Shown here: positions 1-11,300 of the stretch, piece after piece
Position numbering within the stretch: the stretch's first letter is position 1
Layout of the letters: the number at the start of each line of letters is the position of its first letter
Assembly: GCF_001194135.2 (NCBI RefSeq)
Contig: NC_068992.1
Location: 20,431,192 to 20,475,441, forward strand
Source: Octopus bimaculoides
Taxonomy: Eukaryota
Direction of reading: 5' to 3'
Length of the DNA stretch: 44,250 nucleotides
Made by a program: the position numbers and the translations under genes
Notes under the pieces: generated by a model
What the model was told of the DNA's origin: nothing
Seen by the model: the letters and a program-made list of their open reading frames with translations, nothing else
Database searches by the model: none

Positions 1-33
<33 letters not shown>

Positions 34-643
34 TAAGGATCTATATATATATGTACATGCACATATCGAGTGTGATTTTCAGATAGAATGTGTAAGAGAA
101 ATGAAATAGTAACAAGATGTGTTGTATTTTGGTTGCTTACGTTATTTGTCACGAATTATACAGCTTACTTTCTACATTCAATAAATATCGTTAGATGATG
201 TAGTTGCCTCAGGAGAACATGTTTTATTTCATAATCTGCATAGAGCTTAGTTCAATTTTAGATTACTAATTCACTACGTATATATTTCTTCAAGTTATTT
301 ATAAACGCCTCCAATTAACGTCGCATCAATTTCACACTACTTGTATTACAGGATAGGAATATATTCTTGAAAACCATTTCCATATTTCCTTTTTAAGTTT
401 TATAGTATGTATAATGAATAGTCAGCTATCTTAGTAAAATGACGAAGCGTCCTTCAAAATTTTGATGCTGGATAACATTCTTTAAAAGAAGAAGCTTAAG
501 ACGTTCCATCCGTGACAAGCAGCATTGCAGGTATTTTAACAGCTTCTATCTATACTCCAATTCGGAAACGACAGATGTCTGTGTAATCAGACTAGAGATA
601 ATAGATTAGATATGCATTTGTGAAGGCCGTATTAAACTTGTAG

Positions 644-1004
644 CAGGACAGGATTAAGTCCAATAGCGACCCTAAGCACTTAAAAGATTTTGGTGCCCTC
701 ACATATATGTAATTCAACATATAAACAATAATAAAATGTAAATTAATTTTCTATTTTTCAAACTATAATTTTGTATACTTCGAATTTATTTACATTTGAA
801 AAGTTTTCTCCTTCTTTCATTGCAAAGTCTTTGATCACATCGTCACAATTAATCTTATGTAATACGCGTGCATGTATATTTACTAGAGATAAGACATTCT
901 GAATATTACTTCACCAAGTTTAAAGTGATGCCTTTTATGCTGTAAACCATTTTTTGATGCCCGACGCACGTGCTTTATACAACTTAATGGTTAATCCAGT
1001 GCTA
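644..1004. mobile_element. Decayed non-autonomous DNA transposon (MITE) with hAT-like terminal inverted repeats
   Basis: Left end CAGGACAGGATTAA (644-657) and right end TTAATCCAGTGCTA (991-1004) are imperfect inverted repeats (11/14). Both ends resemble the CAGGGCCGGATTAA-type hAT terminus. A subterminal motif recurs: GACCCTAAGCAC and TTTTGGTGCCCT on the left, TTTTGATGCCCGACGCAC on the right. Flanking 8-mers ACTTGTAG and GCTATAAG match only 4/8, so no TSD is established. Confidence 0.5.
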
Positions 1005-2189
1005 GCTATAAGATATTTGAATTGGCGTTTTAGTAGGTGCGGTTGTGGATATGGAATGCGAATTCCAATTAGACGTGTGTAATAACTTAAATTACAGTTT
1101 TTGTTTAACTTTGCGCTGATTTCAAATTCTGACGTTATCAAAATTTTCCTCGTGCTTTAGGGTCGGTACATAAAATAATAATCATATACTCTGGTCTGTT
1201 CTTCTCTTTCTTTAACAATGACATTTCTCTTTCTCTATTCCTATTCTAACTTCGATGCGGTGACAACTTGAGAGGTATGAGCTGAGTTAGGTCTGACATA
1301 CCAAAGTCACGTTGTATAACAAGACAAGTGCCCCTTTCACTTGTCGACGGAGTTGAGTCTCAAGGCAGGAACAAATCATTCACTTAGTCAACCGGTCTCA
1401 AAAACGGATGCGAAATAATACGATTATATGCTGTATAACTAAGACGGTCTGACTAACTGCATATGTTTTGTTAGCGAGTATGTGTGTCAATCGAAACTAG
1501 ACGTCTATTAATGTTTCCTGATGCGTATGGTAGATTTATGTTTATACCATGATAAGGCAGGTAACCTCTGACAACTAGTATGTCTTAACGAATATTTGAA
1601 AGAACTGTTCCAAATCAAAAGTGCAGAGAATTCAGATAATGAACGGTATCAAAAATTGTAGATGCAAATTCAGAACATGATTCGGAAACTAGAGAATCTG
1701 ATTGTAAAGCAATTTTCTAAAGCTATACTTCTATTAAATAATAGTGAATATACTTATGGGACAATTCTTTCACTGTGGTTTATTAGATTCATTTCAGGCA
1801 AGGTAATTCGTTCCTTCATATCAAGAAGTTGAAAACTGTAAATGCCGTACACAGTTTCCTGATTTCAAAACCATTTTACTGTGCTATGAACAAGCATGTG
1901 AGAGATGTATTGTTTAAATATTGATTTTTACTTCAACAATTATATTATTCCTTATCATGAGCATTTTGTCCTATGCATTTTCATTCATTAAAACATCATA
2001 TGTTTCAATCGCCTTCAGGAGAAAAGTAACTAAAGTGTAATGCATATAAATGGAACAACTCTTCCGCTGCATGGTAATCCAGGTGTCACGTTTGAATTTC
2101 AGTGCATTATTTCATCAAATCAGCCAAAATATTTTGTAACTTTGATTACCTGATCATTAGTAACATTTGATGCATATATGTGTTATATA

Positions 2190-2376
2190 TGAGTTGTAGA
2201 TGCCAAGCTGTATCAGTCTTTGCCCCACCCTTGCATAACATCGGTGGCATGGAGAGGGGAGGCCGGTATGCATTGGCGACTGCTGGTCTTCCATAAACAA
2301 CCTTGCCAGGACTTGTGCCGCGGATGATAAATTTCTAGATGCAATCCCATGGTTATTCATTACCGAAGGGGATCTC
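2190..2376 (+). mobile_element. 3' portion of a SINE-like interspersed repeat (family 4)
   Basis: GC-rich 190-bp island (GCCAAGCTGTATC...GGAGAGGGGAGG...CCATAAACAACCTTGCC...GCAATCCCATGG...ACCGAAGGGG) in an AT-rich background, ending at a (TG)/(TA) run. It resembles a common octopus repeat from memory only; there is no second copy in the window. Confidence 0.4.
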
Positions 2377-3611
2377 CGATATATGTTTGAGTGTGTGTGT
2401 ATATATACATATGTATATATATANNNNNNNNNNNNNNNNNNNNNNNNNNNNNNNNNNNNNNNNNNNNNNNNNNNNNNNNNNNNNNNNNNNNNNNNATGCA
2501 TATATATATATATGTATATATAAATATATATATATATGTATGTATATATGTATGTATATATGTATATGTATAAATATATATATGTATATATATATGTATA
2601 TATATATATGTGTTGATGTATATATATATATATATATATGCATTTACGTTTATATGTATGTTCCTATATACATATGTATCAGTAGTTATGTGCATACATA
2701 TGGTTTTACATCAAAGTATTCGCCCTGTTTTACATGCGTGCACGTGTGTGTATATATATCTATGTATCTGTATATATATATATATATATATTTAGTCTTA
2801 TGAACATTTTGGGCAATATGTTGACTGATGTTCGCTTACTTTAATATGAAATACAAAAATGCTTTATTTGGCAGCCGATCGTTTGTTGACAAATTGGATC
2901 ATACTCTGGCTTTTAAATCGTATCATATCACAAAATAATCCTCATGGATACCTGAATATGTTAGGCGAAATTTCCTTTATTGTGTGTGATATTTATATTC
3001 CTGTTTATATATCCCTATGCTCATTTTTCCCTTATGCCAACAACATATGCGCCATGTAAAATATCTCAGCCATTTTAATGCGTTGCTTTCTCTCCGTCCT
3101 TCTTATTCCCAGGCGGTATGAATTAATGAAATATATACAGTCATACTTTTCATACCTTTTTTTTTTATTAATGTCATATCAAAATCCTAATGGAAGTTAT
3201 ACTATTTCACATCTACAAATATATATACGTGGTAGTCTCGTTGTTGGAAAGCTTTGGACATTAGTATAGAAAAAATCAATAATATCCATAACATATTTGC
3301 ATCACTTTATTGCACTGAGTTTGCGAGAATCATTCTAATGCTTATGTCAAACGTGTTACTTTAGTTTTCAAGTTCGATAGATCTATCTAATTGAAGTAGT
3401 TGGCTGTACGATATGATATAAATATAGATATGAATGTACATTTCGATGTTACTAAAACTGCATTCAATTTTAGCTGAGCTATGCAATTCTAAAATATTGA
3501 TTACCTACACGTATGGAGGTTTAGATAAAATGACTCCGTTAGAACTTCACTATTTATAAGCTTCGAATTATCTCTGACACAATGAAATTCAAGTAGATAT
3601 AAAATAGGTGC

Positions 3612-3629
3612 ATACACACACACACACAC

Positions 3630-3698
<69 letters not shown>
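3612..3698. repeat. (CA)n(TA)n microsatellite
   Basis: Directly visible: short CA run followed by a long TA run. Confidence 0.97.
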
Positions 3699-3699
<1 letters not shown>

Positions 3700-4786
3700 T
3701 TGAGTGTGAGTGCCTGTATCTGTATATATGTGTGATATATGTCTGCCTATATATATATAAGGCTGTGTGAGTGTATAAGAGTTTATGTGTGTAAGTGTCC
3801 GTGCGTGTGTTAAATTGTATAGGAATTCCTACTCTACAGTTCCAAAGCATATAATATTTATTGAAAAGTGGCTAATGTCTGCATTCCCTCTTTGGTTCAC
3901 GATTTAGAAATATATTTTCCAAATTCGGCTATTCTGAATATGAAAGCCACTCGTTTCCTGTCTAAAACTGGCTCTAGTTTATTCATTGCTGTGATACTGT
4001 TTATACTTCAAACTTCGAAAATTTGAGAAATAATTCGATTCTGCTCTTGCTTTTTGTTGTTGAATAATCCCAGACCAACACCGATAGAATAAAAATCAAC
4101 AACAACTAAAAATAAAATAATAATAAATGATCAGGTATGATTGTCCTGGTTTCGTTTGAACACAAAAAGCCACGTGATGTCCTCATAGATGGTAATATAT
4201 GTGATTTAGAGCCGTACCCTTTGCAAATTTCTAGCAGGTCGACTGAACACGTAGGTTTTATTAGTCATTAATATAGTGGCATTAGTTTATAGATAGGAAG
4301 TATTTTTTATCGATTTTAATACCACGATTAACAATAGTTTCTCTGAAATAATGATTTGGTATGGTAATACTGTAGTTCTGTATATATAATTTATTGTGAT
4401 ACATTTACTTTCATCATTTTATATATATATCTAATTGATCTTCCGTCGGATAATATTTAACTCATTCGCTTGGCCACACGAAGAGCAATTAACCATATCC
4501 ATATGTCAATATTAAATTTCATATATACACGTAGAGCAATATAGATTTATGTGTGTGTGTGGATAAATAAATAAATAAATATATATATATATATTTGAAA
4601 TTTACTGGAAAGAAAAGCAAAGATGGGTAAGGGAACAACCAGCACGTGATTTAGTTTGAGACGAGTGAAGAATGGAAAAGGGCTTAACTTATCAAACTCA
4701 CACTCGTCGACAAAATAGGGTCGAGGAGAATAAACAAAATGGAGAGAGAATGAAAAACACGGAGAGAGAAAAAAAGTATTTCGATT

Positions 4787-4787
4787 G

Positions 4788-4875
<88 letters not shown>

Positions 4876-4906
4876 CTATCTCTCTATATATATATTTATA
4901 TATATA
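4787..4906. repeat. (TATC)n tetranucleotide microsatellite grading into (TC)/(TA)
   Basis: About 20 TATC units; source of the YLSI ORF at 4785. Confidence 0.97.
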
Positions 4907-5175
4907 TGAAAGAAGGTTTGAAAATGCACTTATTTTAAAGATATTTATTTACTTAACCGGTTTGACTTTTTTAGAAAAAGATTATCAAAAGTCTTTGAGN
5001 NNNNNNNNNNNNNNNNNNNNNNNNNNNNNNNNNNNNNNNNNNNNNNNNNNNNNNNNNNNNNNNNNNNNNNNNNNNNNNNNNNNNNNNNNNNNNNNNNNNN
5101 NNNNNNNNNNNNNNNNNNNNNNNNNNNNNNNNNNNNNNNNNNNNNNNNNATAAGAGGAATATATTTAAAGTACTT

Positions 5176-5214
<39 letters not shown>

Positions 5215-5250
5215 TAGGTAGGTATGTATGTATGTACATACATATGAAGT

Positions 5251-5377
5251 GTGTGTGGCCTAGTGGTTAGTGAGTTCTACTTGCAACTGTTTTACATCAT
5301 TGGTTCATTTTACGTTTCTCGGACTGAGAATATAGTATGAGACACTTGCCCAAGTTGTTAAACAGTGGGACTGAACC
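5251..5377. mobile_element. Composite of SINE fragments: + strand tRNA-like A-box head, then a - strand family 3 (CORE-like) fragment
   Basis: TGGCCTAGTGGTTAG (A-box like) at about 5256-5270. GACACTTGCCCAAG...CAGTGGGACTGAACC (5341-5377) is the reverse complement of GGTTCAGTCCCACT...CTTGGGC, seen in the SINE at 20772-21212. Confidence 0.6.
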
Positions 5378-6280
5378 ACGCAGCTGCTCATTATTATTGT
5401 TTTTGTTGTTGTTATTAACCTTTTTCTTAGTCATAACGATACTAATAATCAGAATACCTATGCTTCAAAACAATGCGTCAGTCGCGTATAGAGAAGTAAT
5501 ATGAAATTAAATTACAAAATAAAACACAATGTCCACTTCATGTTTGAAGCTTAGATGCATCCATAGAGTGATTCGCAAGCGAGCGCTGAAGGTGGTTCAG
5601 CCAACCTAGACAAATATAGTTTTGCGAAAGTGTGGATGATGCTAGATTTCCCTAGTGGTTACGTGTTTGTTATGATCCGCTGCACAAAGTAGGTGCGATA
5701 ATGTTATTATGGTCTTTTCGTAGCACCTGTTCTCATATTTGTCCAAGTCTCTGGATATGTTGATGATAGGAATAGCATTCTATGAACAAGTTGTGATGTA
5801 AGGTTTTTAGAGTTGCTATTGAGGTAAGTAATGATGTATCATAACTATAATAATATGCGTCTCAAATATGCAATTCATTTTGATATACGACGAGCAACCG
5901 CGCATACGGCACCTTTAACTTTTTGAGAATTGTATAGTGTTATTTAAGGAAGATGAGTATTTTGTTTCCAACATGTGGCAGATTGAGTTATGTATGCACA
6001 TGTTGATTTAGTGTTGACTGAACATGTAACAAAAGTGACTGAATTAAGTTGAAGTTTGTTTTGTAAACAAATTCTAACCTGGATATATCCTGATAATTTA
6101 TTATTTTGTATAATCTGTTTCATTGCATGAATTGTATACAACTTGTATATCCTGCATAGCATAATGTCACAAAAGAAGTTTTCTATTAATTATAATTTAT
6201 TTTGACTTGTGAAAAGAGTGGCGTACAGAAACGTATGTTGTAAAATATTATAGATGAAATATTTTAGGCAATAATATTAA

Positions 6281-6460
6281 TTTCAAATTTTGGCACGTGG
6301 CCTGCAAGTTCAGAATGCTCAACTAGTAATTATTTTCTCGACCGCCAAAGGATTGGAATCAAAGTCACTTTGGCGGGATTTGAACTCATAACGTAAAGAC
6401 GGTCGAAATGTTGTGAAACATTTTACCCGGCATACTAACGATTTTGCCTGCTTCCCGCCT
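6281..6460 (-). mobile_element. tRNA-derived SINE family 2, near full length, decayed
   Basis: Minus strand reads AGGCGGGAAGCAGGCAAAATCGTTAG (head), GAGTTCAAATCCCGCC (B box), AAAATAATTACTAGTTGAGCA, then a GTGCCAAAATTTGAAA tail. Homologous to copies at 6486, 17645 and 42877. Confidence 0.8.
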
Positions 6461-6485
6461 GATTTAGGCTGTAAGATTAAGAGTT

Positions 6486-6630
6486 GTTTTACGTTTTGAG
6501 ATCAAATTTTGCGAAGGTCGACCCTCCCTTCCATTTATTTTGGATCGATAAAATAAGTACCAGTTGAGCACTGGGTCGTTTTAATCGACTTATCCCTCAC
6601 TCGAAAGTGCTGTCCTTGTGCCAAAATTCA
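6486..6630 (+). mobile_element. tRNA-derived SINE family 2, 5'-truncated copy, inverted relative to 6281-6460
   Basis: TTTACGTTTTGAGATCAAATTTTGCGAAGGTCGAC...GATAAAATAAGTACCAGTTGAGCACTGGGTCG...GTGCCAAAATTC aligns with the minus-strand copy just upstream. Confidence 0.8.
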
Positions 6631-7399
6631 TAATATTGCCCAAAATACCAGGCAACTAATCAACTAATTGATGTTTATTGCCTTATAAATTAGTTGGTGT
6701 ATAACAGCTCTGTCTATCAATGAGGAATTCATGCTGGTTGAGCGGTTGCGTGAATCCGATATAGCCGTTTTTTTAACATTTAAAGAAGGTTTTGGAAAAT
6801 GCTTTTTTCTGGAAGTGTAGCACTTGGCCATATATGCCATGAAAGCCATCTCTCAAAATAACGACATATTCGTGTAAGAGAATGGCTCTTGCTTTAGGGA
6901 CTTTATTGTCAGAATGGAGAAACAAGAATGTAGTCATATATTGAAGAATTCGGAGAAGTAAATTATTATATAAGAATAGGTACTAAAGCAATATCTAATT
7001 AATATTTCTTCAGACATTAATTAAACTTTCGAATATCCAGCAGTCCTTAGTTGAGAAACAAGGAAAAAATATAATCTTATGACTAACGTTTAAATTTCTT
7101 AGGGCTGAAGTAAATGTTCCTGAGTCCAGAAGATACCATTATTAAATAGATTAATTGTATGAAAGATCATATTACTAGAGATCTGCGTAAGGAAAATTAT
7201 ATCAAAACTGGATTACTATATTGTTCCGACTAAATAGTTTATAATGACTACGTTGCAGTGAATAGATACTCATAGTGAAGACATTGTTTGCAATTTTGTT
7301 TACATTATATCATGCATATATTTCAAATGCCATAGCAGTCAAAGCCTTCTTTTATATGAACTGCCTATTAACCATATTACAGCTGTATATGTGGGAAGG

Positions 7400-7785
7400 G
7401 AGGCGAAATGGCCCAGTGGTTAGGGCAGCGGACTTGCGGTCATAGGATCGCGGTTTCGATTCTCAGCCCGGGCGTTGTGAGTGTTTATTGAGCGAAAACA
7501 CCTAAAGCGCCACGAGGCTCCGACAGGGTATGGTGGTGAACCCTGCTGTACTCTTTCACCACAACTTTCTCTCACTCTTACTTCCTATTTCTGTTGTGCC
7601 TGTAATTCAAAGGATCAGCCTTGCCACACTGTGTCACGCTGAATATCCCCGAGAACTACGTTAAGGGTACACATGTCTGTGGAGTGCCCAGCCACTTGCA
7701 TGTTAATTTCACGAGCAGGGTGTTCCGTTGATCGGATCAACTGGAACCCTCGACGTCGTAAGCGACGGAGAGCCAACAACAACAA
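7400..7785 (+). mobile_element. Full-length tRNA(Arg)-like SINE family 1 with (AAC)n tail and 11-bp target-site duplication
   Basis: A box TGGCCCAGTGG, anticodon-loop-like CTTGCGG (GCG = Arg), B-box-like GTTTCGATTC, 3' AACAACAAC tail. ATGTGGGAAGG is directly repeated at 7389-7399 and 7786-7796. Colinear with 32304-32680. Confidence 0.93.
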
Positions 7786-8230
7786 ATGTGGGAAGGCAAT
7801 GCAACAGGCTAAGCCAAAAGTGTCGATGGCTTCAGAATCGCATTTAGACATAAACGCTGAATGGCCTACCAGCGACACATAGGTTTTGGACAAATAAATA
7901 TAAATAGATTTCAAAAACTTTCACCTCATTCATTATCTTACATTACAGTCACACACGCAAAAATACAAAGCAAGGTGCATACATACATAGATACATACAT
8001 AGATAACGTATATATACCTAATGACAGTATATGAATAAGTATGTACATATATTTTTACATTCGAGAAAATTAAGATGCATTAGATGGTTGCTTAGAAATT
8101 AGGCAATATTTAGATAAATATTATTATATAAGTATATATCAAAGTGCATTTATATTTCTTTGCTCTTCATAATAGCTTCTAAATTAAGTTGGATATTCTG
8201 TATGTTTTCTATACCTTGAGATACTTATAT

Positions 8231-9034
8231 NNNNNNNNNNNNNNNNNNNNNNNNNNNNNNNNNNNNNNNNNNNNNNNNNNNNNNNNNNNNNNNNNNNNNN
8301 NNNNNNNNNNNNNNNNNNNNNNNNNNNNNNNNNNNNNNNNNNNNNNNNNNNNNNNNNNNNNNNNNNNNNNNNNNNNNNNNNNNNNNNNNNNNNNNNNNNN
8401 NNNNNNNNNNNNNNNNNNNNNNNNNNNNNNNNNNNNNNNNNNNNNNNNNNNNNNNNNNNNNNNNNNNNNNNNNNNNNNNNNNNNNNNNNNNNNNNNNNNN
8501 NNNNNNNNNNNNNNNNNNNNNNNNNNNNNNNNNNNNNNNNNNNNNNNNNNNNNNNNNNNNNNNNNNNNNNNNNNNNNNNNNNNNNNNNNNNNNNNNNNNN
8601 NNNNNNNNNNNNNNNNNNNNNNNNNNNNNNNNNNNNNNNNNNNNNNNNNNNNNNNNNNNNNNNNNNNNNNNNNNNNNNNNNNNNNNNNNNNNNNNNNNNN
8701 NNNNNNNNNNNNNNNNNNNNNNNNNNNNNNNNNNNNNNNNNNNNNNNNNNNNNNNNNNNNNNNNNNNNNNNNNNNNNNNNNNNNNNNNNNNNNNNNNNNN
8801 NNNNNNNNNNNNNNNNNNNNNNNNNNNNNNNNNNNNNNNNNNNNNNNNNNNNNNNNNNNNNNNNNNNNNNNNNNNNNNNNNNNNNNNNNNNNNNNNNNNN
8901 NNNNNNNNNNNNNNNNNNNNNNNNNNNNNNNNNNNNNNNNNNNNNNNNNNNNNNNNNNNNNNNNNNNNNNNNNNNNNNNNNNNNNNNNNNNNNNNNNNNN
9001 NNNNNNNNNNNNNNNNNNNNNNNNNNNNNNNNNN
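8231..9034. other. Assembly gap (804 N), largest of 13 gaps
   Basis: N-run bordered by TA-rich sequence. Confidence 1.
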
Positions 9035-9780
9035 TATATATATATAAATATATATATATATATACATATAACTACACACATACACATACATGTCGTATGT
9101 TATTATTCATAATCTACTATGTTATATATTTCTCTTAAAGTACTTTTTGTGTAGGGAGATTAAATTCAAACTGAAACAATATTTAACGTATATGTATGTA
9201 ATTCAGTTCTTTTATTTGTTTTTCGTTTCCGATAACTTAGCAATTGTGTGAACTATTACAGCTTAAGTAGTTTCTACTTTAGTTATTTCAATACAGTTTA
9301 ACAAATACTTTGTGACATTACGACAATTCTAATCTATTTTGGAATTGAAACCAAATAATAACACTTGTATTTCTTTTAACCATCATAGCATATTCATCAT
9401 TTTTTTTATGATCAACTAATCCGTTTTGAATTCATACATTTTAATGTGAGTTATAATATATAGTTTATTCGAATTGATTATCTTCAACTACAATTAACTT
9501 GCCAGAAGAAATAGATATTATTGTATATAGTAATGGATGTTCTATTAAATTAACGAAATGGTGTTCGTTTGCTAGGGAAGGGCCCATGTATTATAGATAG
9601 ATTGAGGTGGGGAAGCTAAATTATGTATTTAAAATCCGACAATGTTTTTACTTTTAGTTTTAGGTTTAAAGGTTTGAGAAGTGTTGTTACTACGATAATG
9701 AATATCCAGAATATTGGCGTATATTTCCCGTTGCATCCATCCACTCAGCTTGCAAAAAATAAGTAGTACCTGTATTTCCA

Positions 9781-9929
9781 AGATCCATCCTTGTCGTATT
9801 CCGTTTCACGCTACATAATCATGAGAACTACCTTAAGTGACTTCCTGTCTGTCAAGTTAATTTCACAAGCATGATGTTTCTTTGATCGGATGAACTGGAA
9901 CACTCGTCGTCGTAAGGGAAGGAGTGCCA
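9781..9929 (+). mobile_element. Decayed 3' fragment of SINE family 1 with an internal deletion
   Basis: TCACGCT...GAGAACTAC...GTTAATTTCAC...TTGATCGGATGAACTGGAAC...CGTCGTAAG...GGAGTGCCA matches the 3' half of 7400-7785. Confidence 0.8.
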
Positions 9930-10225
9930 GTTATATATCTATAGACTGTAGAAAGGTTTGAAAACACACGGTTTGTTTAGTGTCACCATCTATTTAGGAA
10001 TCCCAGACGTCAATGAATCGAGTGTTTTTATTCTTGTGAATGAGATGTGCCTAAGAGAGGTAACTTATATAATTCTGCTTATACTTACACACTGCTTCGA
10101 ACTGATCCTTCGATATTCACCTCGATGGGGCGATCTACAAGCGCAAATCTGTCACGATGTTGATTGAATTATATACGAAGCTACGGTTTTCTGAAGTTCG
10201 TTCAGAGCTGGCTGTCTTGGTTACT

Positions 10226-10270
10226 TCTCATTAACAAGAGTCAAAAAACTCGAAACATCGATGTGTGGGA
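10226..10270 (+). ncRNA. Decayed minimal type I hammerhead ribozyme relic
   Basis: TCTCA [stem I] TTAACAA [CTGACGA with 3 transitions] GAGT-CAAAAA-ACTC [stem II] GAAA C-ATCGAT-GT [palindromic stem III, ACATCGATGT] G [non-cleavable H] TGGGA [stem I partner]. Confidence 0.5.
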
Positions 10271-10380
10271 TTCCTAATAGATGGCGAAATAAGAAAATTT
10301 TTTAACTGGAGTTTATTTGCCTTTTAGCAGTTGAAATATTTGTATGTAAGTATGTATATATGTATGTATACGTGCGTGAG

Positions 10381-11300
10381 TCGTCTACGAGTCCATAAGT
10401 CAGGGAAAAGATGCACTCGTACATCTGTCAATAGAGTAGGTATATTATCCGAAAAATACAGTGTTATATATCCATCAGGGTTGATTTACCACTCGGTTTC
10501 GTGCAAGGAATACAATGGAATGTTAGATAACAATCCGATTTTATGACCTTACGCTCATCAGAGTTGGCTGATATGGAAGGAAACATGGTGACTGCTCTCT
10601 TTTGTCGGAGTTGAATTAAAACATCCGGTTTGCGGCTGCTGTGAAAAAGGTGGTAAAAAGAAAAAGGGCCAGGAGATTAGGTTAGCAATTATGTCACTCG
10701 GTTGGAGTCGCTATAAAGTCGCTAAGAATTATCTTGAAGTGCTTGTGGGAAATGTGTGCATTATTAAGTGTTGTGCTACTCTGGGGATGGGGTGTGAAAT
10801 ATGTGTAGTGATGACATGTGTAATATTTTTCCAAGGTAGATATAATTGAGTCCGTTGGTCGGTTTTCTTTCTGTATTGGTTTAGTTTGCATTAGTGTGCG
10901 GTGTACCGTGTGTGTGTGAAAGGTCTATATATGTGTGAAGTACCATGTGTGAGAATGGTTATATGTTGGGGGGTGGATTATTTGTTGGGTGTCCGCCATG
11001 TTGGGCATGCTTGTGCGTACATGAGTGCATTAGCGGGTGCTCTGCTCAAATTCTTTGCCGGGACCGAGTGTATTGTTGGAAGACCAAGGCCAGGGACGTG
11101 TGGTTGTAATCATGGTGGAGCGCGCTGGAAAGCGTATATTAGTGTACGTAGGTATCATCCACCTGATGACAAGTTCTCCATGTGAAGCACACGATTGCAA
11201 AATGATTGCGAGCAACTTAATACTTTTGTCAAAACAGTTCATTGACAGTGCAAACGTAAGGAAATATTTGTCTGTGGTTGTGTATTAGAGGTACACTATA
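10381..11300 (-). mobile_element. Decayed Penelope-like element end (pLTR with hammerhead; possible GIY-YIG C-terminal remnant at about 11000-11300)
   Basis: 10381-10600 on the minus strand is homologous to 34460-34675 on the plus strand (ATAATATACCTACTCTATTGACAGATGTACGAGTGCAT vs TTAATATACCCACTCTACTGACAAATATCCGAGTGCAT) and carries a hammerhead core. Upstream, frameshifted peptides (LA-NHFA, LSSALHH, TRSRQRI-EQ) only weakly recall PLE GIY-YIG motifs; the distal boundary is uncertain. Confidence 0.5.
10481..10567 (-). ncRNA. Type I hammerhead ribozyme motif with 38-nt loop II; core intact, stem I decayed
   Basis: Minus strand: CCAACT CTGATGA GCGTAAGG [38-nt loop] CCTTGCAC GAA ACC-GAGT-GGT A then AATCAA. 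Stem II pairs 7/8 including one G-U; stem III is 3 bp; cleavage triplet is GUA. The stem I partner differs from the expected AGTTGG by transitions only. Confidence 0.65.

Noticed and set aside
2270-2355. HDV-like ribozyme in the family 4 repeat (TGGCGA/TTGCCA helix, GG, GCAAT)
   Set aside because: I could not assign P2, P3 and L3 in the required order and spacing.
7400-7475. tRNA-Arg-like gene here and at 32304
   Set aside because: No acceptor stem closure, and it is continuous with a SINE body and tail; these are SINE heads, not tRNA genes.
7615-7914. ORFs at 7615-7914, 7673-7882 and 32529-32732 that resemble each other
   Set aside because: The similarity comes from the shared SINE body; the frames are not preserved between copies.
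10694-10891. IILSDFIATPTE resembling the apurinic endonuclease GDFNAH motif of LINEs
   Set aside because: A single weak motif in a region better explained as the 3' UTR/pLTR of a hammerhead-bearing Penelope-like element. An APE origin is not excluded without a profile search.
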